Below, in pieces: positions 12,111 to 25,902 of a stretch of DNA of 64,000 bases; the stretch's first letter is position 1, and every line of letters starts with the position of its first letter. This DNA comes from Lingula anatina. Taxonomy: Eukaryota > Animalia > Brachiopoda. The translations under genes were made by a program, and so were the position numbers. Location of the stretch: assembly GCA_051362555.1 (NCBI GenBank), contig CM120644.1:2240954-2304953 (forward strand), read 5' to 3'. The notes under the pieces were generated by a model. The model did not search any database. It worked only from the letters and a program-made list of their open reading frames with translations, and was not told the origin of the DNA.

Positions 12111-13000
12111 TTTAGATTTGTTGTGGCACCAGGAAACTTGAACTGTTGGCTTCGTGATGCACAGGGCGTTATTTGTTTTTGCTCTTAGTTCGAGCATCAA
12201 GGAGATACAGGTATTCTGTTTGACATACCGAGAGATAGTAGTTGTATTTTACAAGATAAAAAACACAAAATAAAAATGAAATAAAATAAAATAAAATAAA
12301 ATAAATGAATAAAATAATGAATAAATAAATACAGCGTGTATGTACGCACATTTAGACAAGCAAGACTATCAATTGTCAATGCAGGCCTCGGTCTAGCAGT
12401 GCAATGTAACAACAAAGGACTCTAAAAGTTACTGTACAAATTTTGCTCTATTCAAATACTTCAATCATTAGCTAAGTAAAAAAAAAGATATGTTTTCCAA
12501 TCTGATATCGCGTTTACCACGTTTAGTTGTTACCATGGGCCTAAAGTGTTTTATCTTAACAACACTGATGTAGTGTGCACGCCATATGTATGCCTGTCAT
12601 CTCATCACTTCGTATTTCTGATACGACTGATGAGTGCACTAAATTTGAAACGGCCTGAAAACACAATCCAATCGCTTACTGTTTCAATATTTTTTGGCTT
12701 CAAACATGTCAATGCGTTTTCAATGTCATTATACTTAATCTTTTCTGGAACAGTATTTTGTTGTTAGTGTCCCAGCTTTTATTCTGCGATTGACTAGCTG
12801 CTCGTACCTGAATTTCCTTTAATTAGACATTAGATAAACTGATTGACATTGTTTTTATATGAATTTTGGTGGTAAGATAAGATGCTTGGTGTTCACAATC
12901 AAATTAATATATAACCAGGTTGGCATGGAATGTTGATTGCTTCCTTTAATCTTCTACTAACATTACTATTCTGATTAAATTCCTTTGCAAACATTGATAA

Positions 13001-13972
13001 GGCCACACTTTTTTATTTTTATGGATGACATCCTCTGGGTACCCCAAAATCGGTGCGAGAGGGCGAAAAAAAAAAAAAAAAACAGTCCAAAAAAAAAAAA
13101 AACTGCTTAAGTAAAGGAATGCTGTCAGTACACAGCTGGAAACACAAATTTAACCACAGAAACACGTATCAAACTAACAATATGTCTTTATCCATGCTCT
13201 CAAAATATTAAAGCATTGTGAATACTTCGTAGAAATGTAAAAAAAGTCATGAATTGATATACTTCATATTACCAAATCTATTTAAGGTTATTTCATGCAT
13301 TCATTTGGTATAGCAATCAATAAAACAAATATCAATCAAACAGTGCGTCTTTATTTGTAATCTCAGAATATTAAAACATTTTGAACACTTCACAGCAATG
13401 TTTAAAAAATGATGCAAAGATGTGCTTAATACTACCAAATCTATTAAAGGTCATTTCAGACGATGCCATTTTGTCAACTTCAACTCACACGAAGCAGCTA
13501 AACTGTCAGGTGGCCTGTCCGACCTTCAGCCCACCAAATACCTCGACGCCCTTGTCGACCCTTTTTTCGCTACAGAAAACCTGGTATTAATGTGCTGCTT
13601 TATACAGAATGTCACAGAAATGTTTCGGCCGCCGCCAGCCTTTCGCACAATTGTAAAAAGGTGATATCTCCATGCCTAATATCAATGGCATACCAATCCA
13701 AAACGATGGCGCCCATTCTCTTGATGACTTTTATTGTTGTGTAATTTGAAAGTAATCCTAGAGATGAATTTGACAGCAAAGTGGCCGCATTTCCACGTGG
13801 CGAAAATACGCATGCGCAGAAAGCTCATTTCCTTGCAAATTCAATAACAACGTTTGCGACAACCGACTTCGTTGGGGGCTGGGGGGGGCTTTTTTTTTTT
13901 TTTTTTTTTGGAGAACGGGCGAAAATCCGTGCGCGCGCAGGATGTCATCCATAAAATTAAAAAAGTGTGGCC
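13001..13972. mobile_element. Non-autonomous DNA transposon with TAA TSD (PIF/Harbinger- or Zator-like)
   Basis: TIR of ~34 bp, GGCCACACTTTTTTATTTTTATGGATGACATCCT / AGGATGTCATCCATAAAATTAAAAAAGTGTGGCC; TAA at 12998-13000 and 13973-13975. Confidence 0.85.
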
Positions 13973-14157
13973 TAACCTATCAATACTGGGAGGAGAACAC
14001 GGAAACATTTTAAAGGGTTTTGTTACATGTATCTTGTCTTTTAGATAAATTTAGATGAAAATGTGTTACGTACATACTTAAATATTGACAACTGTGAATA
14101 TGCGATAGATAGCGTGTAGCAAATTAAAGTCTAACTTTTGAGCTACATAAATGTGTG

Positions 14158-14378
14158 TGGGGGATAGAATGGGGGTAGAGTGGGGGTGCGGTGGGGGTAG
14201 AGTGGGGGTGCGGTGGGGGTAGAGTGGGGGTAGAGTGGGGGTGTTTTAGGGGGGGGTAGAGTGGGGGTGTTTAGGGGGTAGAGTGGGGGTGTGGTGGGGG
14301 TAGAGTGGGGTTATTTTGGGGGTTGAGTGGGGGTGTTTTAGGGGGGGGTAGAGTGGGGGTGTGGTGGGGGTAGGGGTA
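14158..14378 (+). repeat. G-rich minisatellite (GTGGGGGTAGA / GTGGGGGTGCG units)
   Basis: Repeated G5 tracts with short spacers, read directly. Confidence 0.9.
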
Positions 14379-15464
14379 CAATGGATCTTTGTGCATTGTA
14401 CGTCTATGTGTCTCAGAGGTAAGGGGGGATCTGCACGCGCGCGCGCGCGCGCGTGTGTGTGTGAATGTGCGTGAGTGTCAGACACATTAAGTCAAGACCA
14501 AGTCTGAGTTGCATAAAACATATAGTGATCAATAAATATCATCTGCAGCGCACATACAGGTAATGATTTATTCCCGGTTTGTCCTTTTTCACGGATTAGA
14601 ATCGAGACGTGGATGTGAACACCAATCTTTCTCTGTGTTCATACATATATCCCTCGTTTTAAAACTGCTCATGCTTCAAAGCGGACGCATTGGGTCATAA
14701 TGCCCTTGTGACACCTGTGTTGGGCTACTGCAGATCTCTTTCTTATGGGTGTCTGCAGTGCATTTCAAAAGATCTGTAACAATACCCTTAACTGTACTAT
14801 TGGGAAAATTCAATTCACACCGATTCTGAAACAACACAGATTACAATAATAAAGTAACGGGTTATCTGTAAACTTCTAGAGTGTGCATGCCCATGTCATC
14901 TATTACAAATTCATGTTACTTGGAAAACCTGCAATGTGACCTTTCGTTTAATGTGTCAGCACCTATCCAGATGTACATGTTTTTTACAATTTTGCCATTA
15001 ATTAATAGCTTCCCGTTGGACTGAAAACAGGTACCTCTTTTTGGAAATCAAACAACTGGAACTTTCTAGCTTTTGCGTGTTACAGATTTCAGAGGTAATG
15101 AAGTATCATTTTGACAACGCAAGTGCTAACAGTTCTCCTCCGATAAGTGATTTATTGGAAAAACGCAATTATGCCATTTTTGAGTGCTGATACTAACCCC
15201 TTTGAGCACATGTGAGATCATTTGGAGTGTGACGTGCAGAGAAGAATCAACTCCTCAATAATCTGCAGCGCGCCACTTAAACACACACGCACATACACGC
15301 ACACACATGCACACGCGTACGTAGGCAAACCAAATGAAGAGCAATCTTGTGTTTGTTTTTGTGGTGTCTTTTTGATTTTATGGAGACTTAAATTTAATTT
15401 TGTGAAACATCAGAATTATGCATCATGTTAAAAGCTGGATACCTCTGCCGGGGTATTAAAATTT

Positions 15465-16014
15465 CAGGCCTACCCAACTACCAGACTCGGCACCTAAGGA
15501 TCCTGAATTAACCGGTATATCGGACCACACTACCCGTTTTCAAGGTGTGTGTCAGATCGCATTTCGGAGTATCAGCCAGAACACCGACAGGATGAGCCCT
15601 GGCATGCTCGGCTGTCACCTTGATTGGATAGTAAACGATTGTCGTAAAATCGCTATATGATTTTAAAACCGGGTGCATAAATTTGAAAGCCACCTAGATG
15701 CACCTTAGACTGCCACATTAATCTAATACAATGCAAAAAAGCCCTATCAAATTGGTTAAAACATTCAAACCGAATGTCGTAAAGTCCCCATATATTCCCA
15801 TAGAGACAATAAAATAGAGTACTCCAAAGTAAGAGTACAGTTTAAGGTTGTTCAGCCGAGCGTGGATGAGCCCGCAGTCGTGCTACAAAATTTGTTGTGG
15901 TGTATGATACTCCGTAATGCGATCTGACACACACCCTGAAAACGGGTAGCGTGGTCCGATATACCGGTTAATTCAGGATCCTTAGGTGCCGAGTCTGGTA
16001 GTTGGGTAGGCCTG
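15465..16014. mobile_element. MITE with ~100-bp TIRs, CAGG termini and 5-bp TSD (AATTT)
   Basis: CAGGCCTACCCAACTACCAGACTCGGCACCTAAGGATCC... is mirrored almost perfectly at the right end; AATTT on both flanks. Confidence 0.9.
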
Positions 16015-17727
16015 AATTTTTTGTACCGTAGGTCACGTTAGTTATGGTGTCTCGGAAAAAGGGTACTATTTATAACTGTTTACAGTTTTGATGTATATCT
16101 TGTTATAAAATGGGAGTGTAGTAACATTTTCGTTCAAGAGTGTATGTTAAGGGCAATGCTAAGACTTTGTACAGCGTGCCGACCCATTTATGTTTTAGGC
16201 AATCAGAGGTCATGACCTTACCTGAGGATACACGTAGTACTATAGTGACAAAGAGACTAGATTGATACATGCCTGATCCAAGCGCAAACAGAAATCATGT
16301 GTACCTTAAGATAACTCATTGTGATTTATAACCCCAGCCAGGACACACCTTTATAGGTTGTCATTCTTTAGAAAGATAAATCATTGTGTTTTGAAACATT
16401 TTATCTATACACAAAGATAATGATGGCTGCGTGTAATACAATTAAAACGGAAACAGTATCCTACACAGTGTGGTTTGACAGTCATCGAGCTTTGAGGTAA
16501 TATTTTCATTAAGCAAAGATAATAACCTACCCGATAACAAGAGACGCAATCGGCTATCAACCCAGCCACATGTATAGTTAGACACTTCGGTGAAGGACGT
16601 TTATTTCTCATTATGTCTTCTTTCGTGTACGTGTCATGAGAGCTTAAGCTTATCAAACCCTCATGTTTACAGGGTATTACATCAAGGTACGAGTAAACAT
16701 TAAAGTCATAGCTTAAATAGGAATGCCGCAACGTAATGTGGACACAGTGATATGAAACACACGTACTCCCAAAACAATCTACGCTCCTTGTTAAACATAA
16801 ACATAGGTCGTTTGCATTAGTTTTGAGGACCTCTTAGTACACGAAAAGTCATTATGAGAATTAAACGTCATTCCCCGAAGTGTCTAAATATGCATGTAAC
16901 TGATGGAGCATTAAAAAATGTATATATCATAGCTGTGAAACAAAACAATTTGCACCATATGCACACCTTAGGCATCATTCTGGGTTATGTCACAAACCGA
17001 CCACTCTCTCACACCATGCATGTTTTCAGGGAAATCGACCATTACACTATTTTACCCTTGCACAGCAGTTATTGGACTGGTTAACTAATTAAAACACCTA
17101 AAAATGGAGTCTTTGATTGGTTTAATATCACTGACAAAATGTTAAAAAAAAACTATTTTGCCAGGTATTTTTCCAGACACTTATAACAAACACAAAACTA
17201 TTAAGAAATGGTTTTAAATATTCCGCTTTCTATCAAGTTCCATTTTAGCACTTATATTTGGATGCAACACACTTTTTACAGTGTCACGATTGATGTTGCG
17301 CTGCAAGGACCGTTGCAAAGGCACACATTTGATGATTTTTGCGACATAAATGCGACAGTCATAATATTTATCTGCTGAATTGAAACAAGAACCGGTTTAT
17401 GTATTCAATGCGTGTTTAAAATCCTGGGCCTGGATGCAACAACGGGTCGCAGCTCATTTGACCAGAGTTACTTCAGCACAAAATGATGCGCCGGAGAAAA
17501 GCCAGTTGCACCAAACTGGAGTACTGTTTACACCATTCTTAACCTAGTCGTAAATGTACACCTGCCATGTTTGTGGTGTATGGCGGTCGTAGTTCGTTTT
17601 CCACCATGGCTAGTCTGACAAAGATGACAATTATAGCAGTTAATGTAGAAATGTTTGATGTTATTTGTTTGTCTCTTCCACAAAGCTTCTGTCTGTATAA
17701 CTGAGCAGTGGCTTGGTTCTATAACAG

Positions 17728-17730
<3 letters not shown>

Positions 17731-17772
<42 letters not shown>
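17731..17772. repeat. (TA)n microsatellite
   Basis: Perfect TA run read directly. Confidence 0.97.
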
Positions 17773-17776
<4 letters not shown>

Positions 17777-18032
17777 TACTCGGGCGTAGATAACATGATC
17801 AAGGTGCAACAGGTGAAAGCACGGAGAGTGAACCTGGCGCACTGACGCCGGGCGTTGCGGTTTACTACAGCTGTATCCGAGCAAATGTACGCCCCGTTGG
17901 TTCAACCGGGCCCTGATGTTTTATCATTTATAAGATATAATAAGTAAACGTCTATTGACTAATTAAAATATAATTCACTATAAGTAGGTAGCAAGTGTAT
18001 TCCATATTCTGTTGAAATTTTTCTATTTTCAG

Positions 18033-21000
18033 ATGTATCTTGTGAGAAAAGTCGTACAATTTGCAACTGTACTTATGATCTATAACCGTCAAAGTGTGGC
18101 TGCAGGGACCTCGAGTACTTCTCTTACAATACCATCGACGTCCACCGTGAAAAATCCAGGTTCCACTGATGCTTCTATTACAGCAAGTAAAAGTGTTACT
18201 TCCGCCGCTGCTTCAACACCACAAACGGCATCGTCTAGAGGGACTAGTGAAAGTGTTACTTCAACCAGTACTATAATACCGTCAACAACAAAACCTACCG
18301 TGATGACTGAAAGTGTGACTTCCACTGCTTCTTCAACATCATCAACAGTTAAGTCTAGTGGGACAAGTACAACTGTGACCCCAACCACTACTTTAACACC
18401 ATCAACAGCAAATTTCACTGGGACAAGTAAAAGCGTAACCTCCGTTGCAATTTCCTTACCACCAACAGCAAAGTCTAGTGGTACAAGTGAGAGCGTGTCC
18501 CCAACCACTACTTTAATACCATCAACAACAAAACCTAGCTTGACGAGTGACGTGGTGACTTCCTCCTCTTCTGCAACACCACCAACAGTATATTTTAGCG
18601 GGACAAGTGAAAGTGTAACACCAGACACTACCATAATACCGTTAATAACAAAAGTTACAGTGACGAGTGAAACTTTGATTTCCACTACTTTTTCAGGACC
18701 ATCGACAACAAATTCTAGAGGTACAAGTGGAAGTCTGACTCCAGATACTACTGCAATACCGTCAATGACAAAAGCTACCGTGACAACTGAAATGTGGACG
18801 TCCACTGCTTCTGCAACACCATTGGCAGCAAATTCCCCTGCTACTTCTACGCACTCAACATCAAAGTCTAGTAGGACAAGTGAAAGCGTGACTTCCTCTG
18901 CTACTTCTACACCATCAACATCAAAGTCTAGTGTTACAAGTGAAAGCGTGACTTCCTCTGCTACTTCTACACCATCAACATCAAAGTCTAGTGGGACAAG
19001 TGAAAGCGTGACTTCCTCTGCTACTTCTACACATTCAACATCAAAGTCTAGTGGGACAAGTGAAAGCGTGACTTCCTCTGCTACTTCTACACCATCAACA
19101 TCAAAGTCTAGTGGGACAAGTGAAAGCGTGACTTCCTCTGCTACTTCTACACCATCAACAGCAAAGTATAGTGGGACAAGTGAAAGCGTGACTTCCCCTG
19201 CTACCTCTACACCATCGACAGCAAAGTATAGTGGGACAAGTGAAAGTGTGACTTCCTCTGCTACTTCTACACCATCAACAGCAAAGTCTAGTGGGACAAG
19301 TGAAAGCGTGACTTCCTCTGCTACTTCTACACCATCAACAGCAAAGTATAGTGGGACAAGTGAAAGCGTGACTTCCTCTGCTATTTCTACACCATCAACA
19401 GCAAAGTATAGTGGGACAAGTGAAAGCGTGACTTCCTCCGCTACTTCTACACACTCAACAGCAAAATCTAGTAGGACAAGTGAAAGCGTGACTTCCTCTG
19501 CTACTTCTACACCCTCTACATCAAATTATAGTGGGACAATTGAAAGTGTGACTTCCATCAATACTTTTTTACCACCAACAGCAAAGACTGGTGGTACAAG
19601 TGAGAGCGTGTCCCCAACCACTACTTTAATACCATCAACAACAAAACCTATCGTGACGAGTGAACCACCAACAGTATATTTAAGCGGGACAAGTGAAAGT
19701 GTAATACAAGACACTACTTTATCATTGTCAACAACAAAACCTACTTACGCTGCATCTTCAACATCATCAACATCAAATTATAGTGGGACAATTGAAAGTG
19801 TAACTCAAAACACTACAGTAATAATGTCAACATCAAAAGGTACAGTGACGAGTGAAAGTGTGATTTCCACTGCTTCTTCAACGCCATCAACAGCAAATTC
19901 TAAAGGGGCAAGTGAAAGTGTGGATTCCACCGCTACTTCAATATCATCCACAACACAATATAGTGGGACAAGTGATAGTGAGAGTACCCCCGCTACTTCA
20001 GTATCATTAACAACAGCAAGGTCTATTGGGACAAGTGAAAGCATGACTTCTGCCGCTACTTCTACAGCATCAACAGCAAAGTCTAGTGGGACAAGTGAAA
20101 GCGTGACTTCCTCTGCTACTTCTACACCATCAACAGCAAAGTCTAGTGGGACAAGTGAAAGCATGACTTTTCCGGCTACTTCTACAGCATCAACAGCAAG
20201 ATCTAGTGGGACAGTGACGAGTGAGTCTTCCCCTGCTACTTTAACACCATCAACAGCAAAGTCTAGTGGGAGAAGTAAAAGTGTGACTTCCACCATTACT
20301 TTTTTACCACCAACAGCAAAGACTGGTGGTACAAGTGAGAGCGTGTCCCCAACCACTACTTTCATACCATCAACAACAAAACCTATCGTGACGAGTGAAG
20401 TGGTAACTTCCTCTGCTCCATCAACACCATCAACAGTAAAGTCTATTGGGACAAGTAAAAGTATGATCCCAACCACTAATTTAACACCATCAACAGCAAA
20501 TTTTACTGGGACAAGTGAAAGCGTAACTTCCGTTTCAATTTCTTTACTATCAACAGTAAAGTCTAGTGGTACAAGTGAGAGTGTGGCCACTCGTGCCATT
20601 TCAACACCACAATCAGCAACGATTACTGGTAGCACAGGGAAAGTGTCTACTGCAGCTACTCCTCCACCGTCTACAGCTGGACTTGGAATCTCTACGACAT
20701 TTAGTTACACCGAAGAACCATCAACTCAAACCGACACTAGGACACCTACTGCCAAACCGAATATAGTTCCGATCATGCCGACGGAAATTACCCTAAGTAA
20801 GTTTGTTTGAAGTTCTTCATTCACGATTGTTTTGATATGCTATTAGAAAAATATTAGCTTTGCAAAACACAGTGACCTTTAATAAGTGGAAAAGTACCTA
20901 TATATAGTTGTTTGAACTTAGTAGTCATGTGATGTAAGTAACGTCCTTTCAACATTTAGCCTCGGTCACAACCGGCCGTACGGGCTCTTACGGGCTGTTT

Positions 21001-24000
21001 GCTACCAACATTTGGATGTTGGGCATGTTCAAAATATTCTACGAATAGCCTGCGAACAGCAAGGCCGCAAGAGATACGCGCGTTGTGCAAGACGCACGTC
21101 GCAAGCAATGAAGGAGCAAGTGCCCTTTGCGTGTTGAGTAAGGCGCACGCAATCACAACTAACGAACAAAGTCGAGAGCACACTGGGAATGCATCGCACG
21201 TGCATCACCCCACGCCTCAGGCCTACCCAACTACCATAATCGGCACCTACGGATCAAGAATAAACCGGTATATCAGACCACACTACCCGTTTTCAAGGAA
21301 TGTGTCAGATCGCATTACAGAGTATCATACCCTATCACAAATTTTGTAAGCCTACCTGTCATCCGGGTATCGCGCCTCGTTTTCGTCAAGTAGGAGTCGT
21401 ATGAATACAACAACATGGAAATCGGCAATCCTCGGCTCATTCCGCCAGCTCCATACTATTGTCGAGTGCGGACACATCGGAGTAGTTCCGAGTAACAATA
21501 TGGCGACAGACGACTCACTGATTATCGTCCAGAAAATATCTAACCCCCGACAGAATATGCTTCCGCTATCAAAATTAGGTCTACTTTTCTAAATGAATAT
21601 ATAAGTTTGCAAGTACCTATATACAAAACATCATTGGCTATGTTCGAACCTAAATTTTATGTTAAAAATTGCGGTATTGTCAGATTTTTAGCATAAACGG
21701 GGAAAATTGCAGCAGCGCATGAATCTAGATGAGATGCACTACTTTCCAACCCCGCTTTAGACCACGGTGGAAGTGAAGAACAAAAGATTCAGTGGATTTG
21801 GTGTAACTCGCATAACCGCACGTCTCGCATGAATGCGTTATAACCCGCAAATGGACCCGTGGTCTAAATAAGATAGATCCCTCGTCAGCGAGGGTTATGT
21901 AACATCCACTCGTGCTTCGCACTCGTGTATGCCACATAACCCTCGCTGACTCGGGGTCTATCTATTACTACGATCATCGCTATCATATCGCGCATCAGGC
22001 AAAATCGGTGTGGTGGCTGATACTCTGTAATGCGATCTGACACACACCTTGAAAACGGGTAGTGTGGTCTGATATACCGGTTTATTCTGGATCCGTAGGT
22101 GCCGAGTCTGGTAGTTGGTTAGGCCTGCGCCTGGTGTATAAAAGAAGTGCTCACGACGCACGCTCGTGTCTTTACAACGAACGTCGACTGTTTAAAATGT
22201 ACAACAATTTTCAAAATTTTCAAATTTTTGCTTAGTTTCTAATATGCCTTCAAATGGCAAGAGAAAGAAGCTTACATAGTAGAAAAAAGGGAGGAGGAGA
22301 AGAAAGAAGAGGAGAACAGGAAGCAAAACTGACGTACGCCGTCAGTACATCACCACAAACGTGTGAGGCAAGTATGAAGCAAAACTGACGCAAAGGGCAC
22401 TATTTCGCCGTGCATTACATTCCCTTCGTAAGTGATGAGTGTGGACCACGTACACGGGAAGCAAGACAAACTCAAGAAATGCCCCTTGCAATTAGCGTCC
22501 CTGCTTGAAAGGACATCTCATGTGGCCCATGCAACTCGCAAGGCAGACTTTCATCTACCTCTACGACCTCCACGGCCTCCACAACACCAAAAAAATCGCA
22601 GGGGACGTACGATCCTGATATATGATGCGTCCAGTTGTGACCGAGGCTTTTTCCATTGTTTTTTACGTTGTACGTATTTGACAGTTTTGTGCCAAGTTAC
22701 ATTTTGAGTTCATACTTTTTTCCTTTTAGAAAACACTGAAATTGAGGAATTAGACAAGAAAATAACATTAGCGTTGAGAATACCGAAAGCAGACTTTGAC
22801 AGTCTCGAAAAAACATTCGAAAATGATAAAACAGATTTGGAAAATCAGGTATTTTCTTCTTCGAGGCCAAAGTGGGTCTATATAACTGTTCCCAACAATG
22901 ACATATATTGGTTAATATTATATTACTTCGATATGTATTTTTTCAGTAATTTACTGTATATTAATGAGATGTTGACGCATAGATACGCTCTATCCCTGTC
23001 TATCTCTGTTCTATTAAATTATTATGATAAGGAAATTTGTCTATTTCAGTTGCTGGCTACGTTTAATGCGTCAGGAGTCGAGGGATTGAAAGGAGTGGAA
23101 ATAATAAGGTTCAGGTAGGTTACTTTGCCCCTCTTTTTGTTTGCTATCTTAACGTCAAAATGCGATAAAAAAAGAAGAAAAAAAAACGCGTAACTACACA
23201 ACACACACAATTCATTTTATTCACATCTTATACCTTTTAGGTACGGAAGCATTATCATTGACTACAACCTTATATTCGCCCTCAAAACTTTCTTAGGGCA
23301 AAATGGAAAAAGTAGTAAAACGCTGAAGACAATCGAGAACGCTCTGGTGAATCGGAACACAAGTTTAAATATAACGGTCAATGGGACTACCTTTTCCACA
23401 GACAAAAAATATAGTGCCTCTCAATTAGCTACAGGTGGGTACTATGATATTGGTGATCAAAACAATAATAACAAAATAGTATATTTTGCCTAGAAGATTA
23501 ACAAAAAGGAACTCACAATATACCGTAATTAATATGCGAATTTTAGAGTACCGTTAGGAATACTCTTTGTGTGGTTGGTATAAATTTCCTGATAAAGAGT
23601 CTCTTGTATGGGAGATTACAAAATTTTACCTTAGGGAGTAACTGATTAAAGGTATTTCACCAATGACAATATGGCTGACAGATACAGAGACTCTCTAGGT
23701 TATGATTTGTCATTTCTACTAGCACTTGATAAGAATAATATATGTGATGGTTTACATCAACATAAATGTGCCAGTGTCCGTTTTGATTACTCTACACATA
23801 CTTAGATCTATACTCCCACATTCAACCTTAAATGTAGCTAAGGTTTACTGGGACATTTATTTAGATTTACTTTTTATGTGAAAGTAGTTATCTTTCCCAA
23901 CACTGCATACACCCGATTAGTACCTCTGCACTTTGTTTGGTTTACCATATGTTTATCGTAGATGTCACTTACATTTGTACCATTGCACAGTAAAATCAAG

Positions 24001-25902
24001 TCTAACGGACCCGTGTATACTCTATGATGATGTCGACATCTGCGAGCTTAGAACACAATCTCGTGATTACTCGTGTGTCCCAGAAACCAAGGGTATACGC
24101 TGTAAGCCGAAATGTGAGGGTCAAGACTGCAGTGGGCATGGACAGTGTATAGTGCGCTTCCCGAAATACGCCGCGGAGTGCATGTAAGTAATTATTGTTG
24201 TGAGGGACATATGTGTAATCTTGTGGCCAGTAAGAGGAAGTAAAGAGGTAGTAGCATCCACCATAGTTCAAGTGTTCCCACACGTGTATGTTTGTAGTCA
24301 AGAACAATATTCGAAAAAAGAATCCGTTCTGCAAAAAACGAATGCGGTGTTTTAAGTTCAATAAAATTAGAGTAACCAATGATAGTGATATCTGTCTAAC
24401 AAAACTTCACAAAGCTTGGAGTAGTCATAAACATCATCTTTAATTTAAACGTCGCAACTTCCAGATGCAAGGTTGAACACACGTTCATCTCGACGACTAC
24501 CTATACTGGACAGACTTGCTCAGAACCCAACCAAACCCTGACCCAAACTGGTATCATCATAATTACCACCACTGTTGGGGGAGCTCTGCTTCTGGCAGTC
24601 TTTGTACTGGTTGCGGCAGTGCTGCTACTCAGGCGAAGTTACATTGCTACGAAAAACAAGTAAGTATAAAGTTGATATATTTCAATTAAATCTATTTTCA
24701 AAAACTATCACTGGCTTAATGTAAAAATGAATTTCAAAAGATATTAAAAAGACAGTGATACCAATGTGCTAGATTTTTTAAACATTCGATAGTTCAAAAT
24801 AAAAAAAACTTAATTTTCAAACCATTCGTGTACAGATATGGGCAGATTGAAAGTCAAGAAAAGCAGTCAGATTTGGATAATCAGTCAAGCTCTTCTTCCG
24901 ACGTAGAAACTACAGGATTCCGTAACAGAGGGAATCATTTTTATCATGAAAACAAGGTAAGTATTTTTTTATAATAAACCATGTTTTGCATAAATCAAAA
25001 ACGTGAAAAATTGAATAAGCAATCAAGTGTCATACAGCATTTTATACATTTTAATTCATTCCAAAATGATGGATCAGTTTATTATCTTGCCAATATCGGT
25101 TTAGTCAAAGGAAATAATGAAAATTTTTCTTCTGAAGCAATATTTCAAAAGTGAAAAGCGAAATTTTCATTTCCTTTTATGCATCATCTCCTGATACATG
25201 TAACATATAATCAATATTATATAACCGAAAAAAAATTAGATGGAAACTTAATGATACGCATTGGGTATACCGGCTCACTAAATTTAAGTATTATTTACCC
25301 TAGAAATTTATAACTGTCAGTATAACTCTTAAAACGGAAACCTGCACGTATGAAAAAGCCAATCATTTAAGTAATATTTTACCATGTATCTGTCTGCAGG
25401 TTAGGTGTTATAGTGTACTATTTGTATATCTACCGATAGTGACTCCTGCAAATGCTTATATGTACTGCGGGTAGTTCTAGTACTTTATAATTTCAGGGTT
25501 ACGACCCTGACGTCGACGACGGCTTGGACCCCAGGCACGCAGGATTCCAAGTGAGGCTCGATCATATCGACCCTACCACAGACGTAAGTTGATAAATAAA
25601 TCTTCAATAGAAGCAATGTTGTATGTAGTGACTATGTAGAGGCAGTGACTACATTTTGGTAGTTCATGTTGTGCATTTACACCTTGCTTTGATTCTCAAA
25701 GTTACTTAATATGTGAGATATCCAAGTTGTCGTCGAAATATTCGTAGGCGTGTTTGACAAGTCCCATCTAACATGAACAAGTGAAGCGCGGAAGACTAAT
25801 CGGGTGTTTTTATATTATTTTCAGTACTCCATTAGGCGGCCAACCGTGTACAGCCGTCCTTACGGTCCTCACCACAAGGAAAACAAACCAAAATATACGT
25901 GA
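18033..25902 (+). CDS. Transmembrane SEA/EGF mucin gene 2 (MUC3/12/17-like): putative signal peptide, ~900-aa PTS domain, SEA, Cys-rich/EGF, TM, tail
   Basis: Exons 18033-20796 (ATG right after ttttcag; MYLVRKVVQFATVLMIY then Ser/Thr/Pro-rich), 22730-22848, 23050-23114, 23241-23434, 23991-24183, 24465-24659, 24836-24956, 25497-25583, 25825-25902 (TGA). SEA motif KGVEIIRFR|YGSIIIDY; TM GIIIITTTVGGALLLAVFVLVAAVLLL then RR; tail GFQVRLDHIDPTTDYSIRRPTV. All intron phases are compatible. Confidence 0.92.
18841..19555 (+). repeat. Coding VNTR: 60-nt / 20-aa unit (ATSTPSTAKSSGTSESVTSS), 11 near-perfect units plus a degenerate 12th
   Basis: Successive 60-nt lines are almost identical. The rest of the PTS exon is made of degenerate versions of the same unit. 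Confidence 0.97.
20958..22648. mobile_element. PIF/Harbinger-like non-autonomous element in a gene 2 intron, carrying a nested MITE
   Basis: TIR AGCCTCGGTCACAACCGGCCG / CGTCCAGTTGTGACCGAGGCT, with TTT on both flanks. Confidence 0.75.
21218..22127. mobile_element. Second member of the CAGG-terminus family (5-bp TSD CGCCT), nested
   Basis: Same ~100-bp TIR as 15465-16014; CGCCT at 21213-21217 and 22128-22132; different and longer interior with an internal hairpin at ~21866-21966. Confidence 0.9.

Noticed and set aside
18089-18805. 238-aa Val-rich minus-strand ORF (also 19526-19714 and 19805-20635)
   Set aside because: Antisense shadow of Thr/Ser codons in the mucin PTS exon; no independent evidence.
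18841-19555. Regular repeat array resembling CRISPR
   Set aside because: Units are contiguous 60-mers without unique spacers, are in frame within a mucin exon, and the context is eukaryotic.
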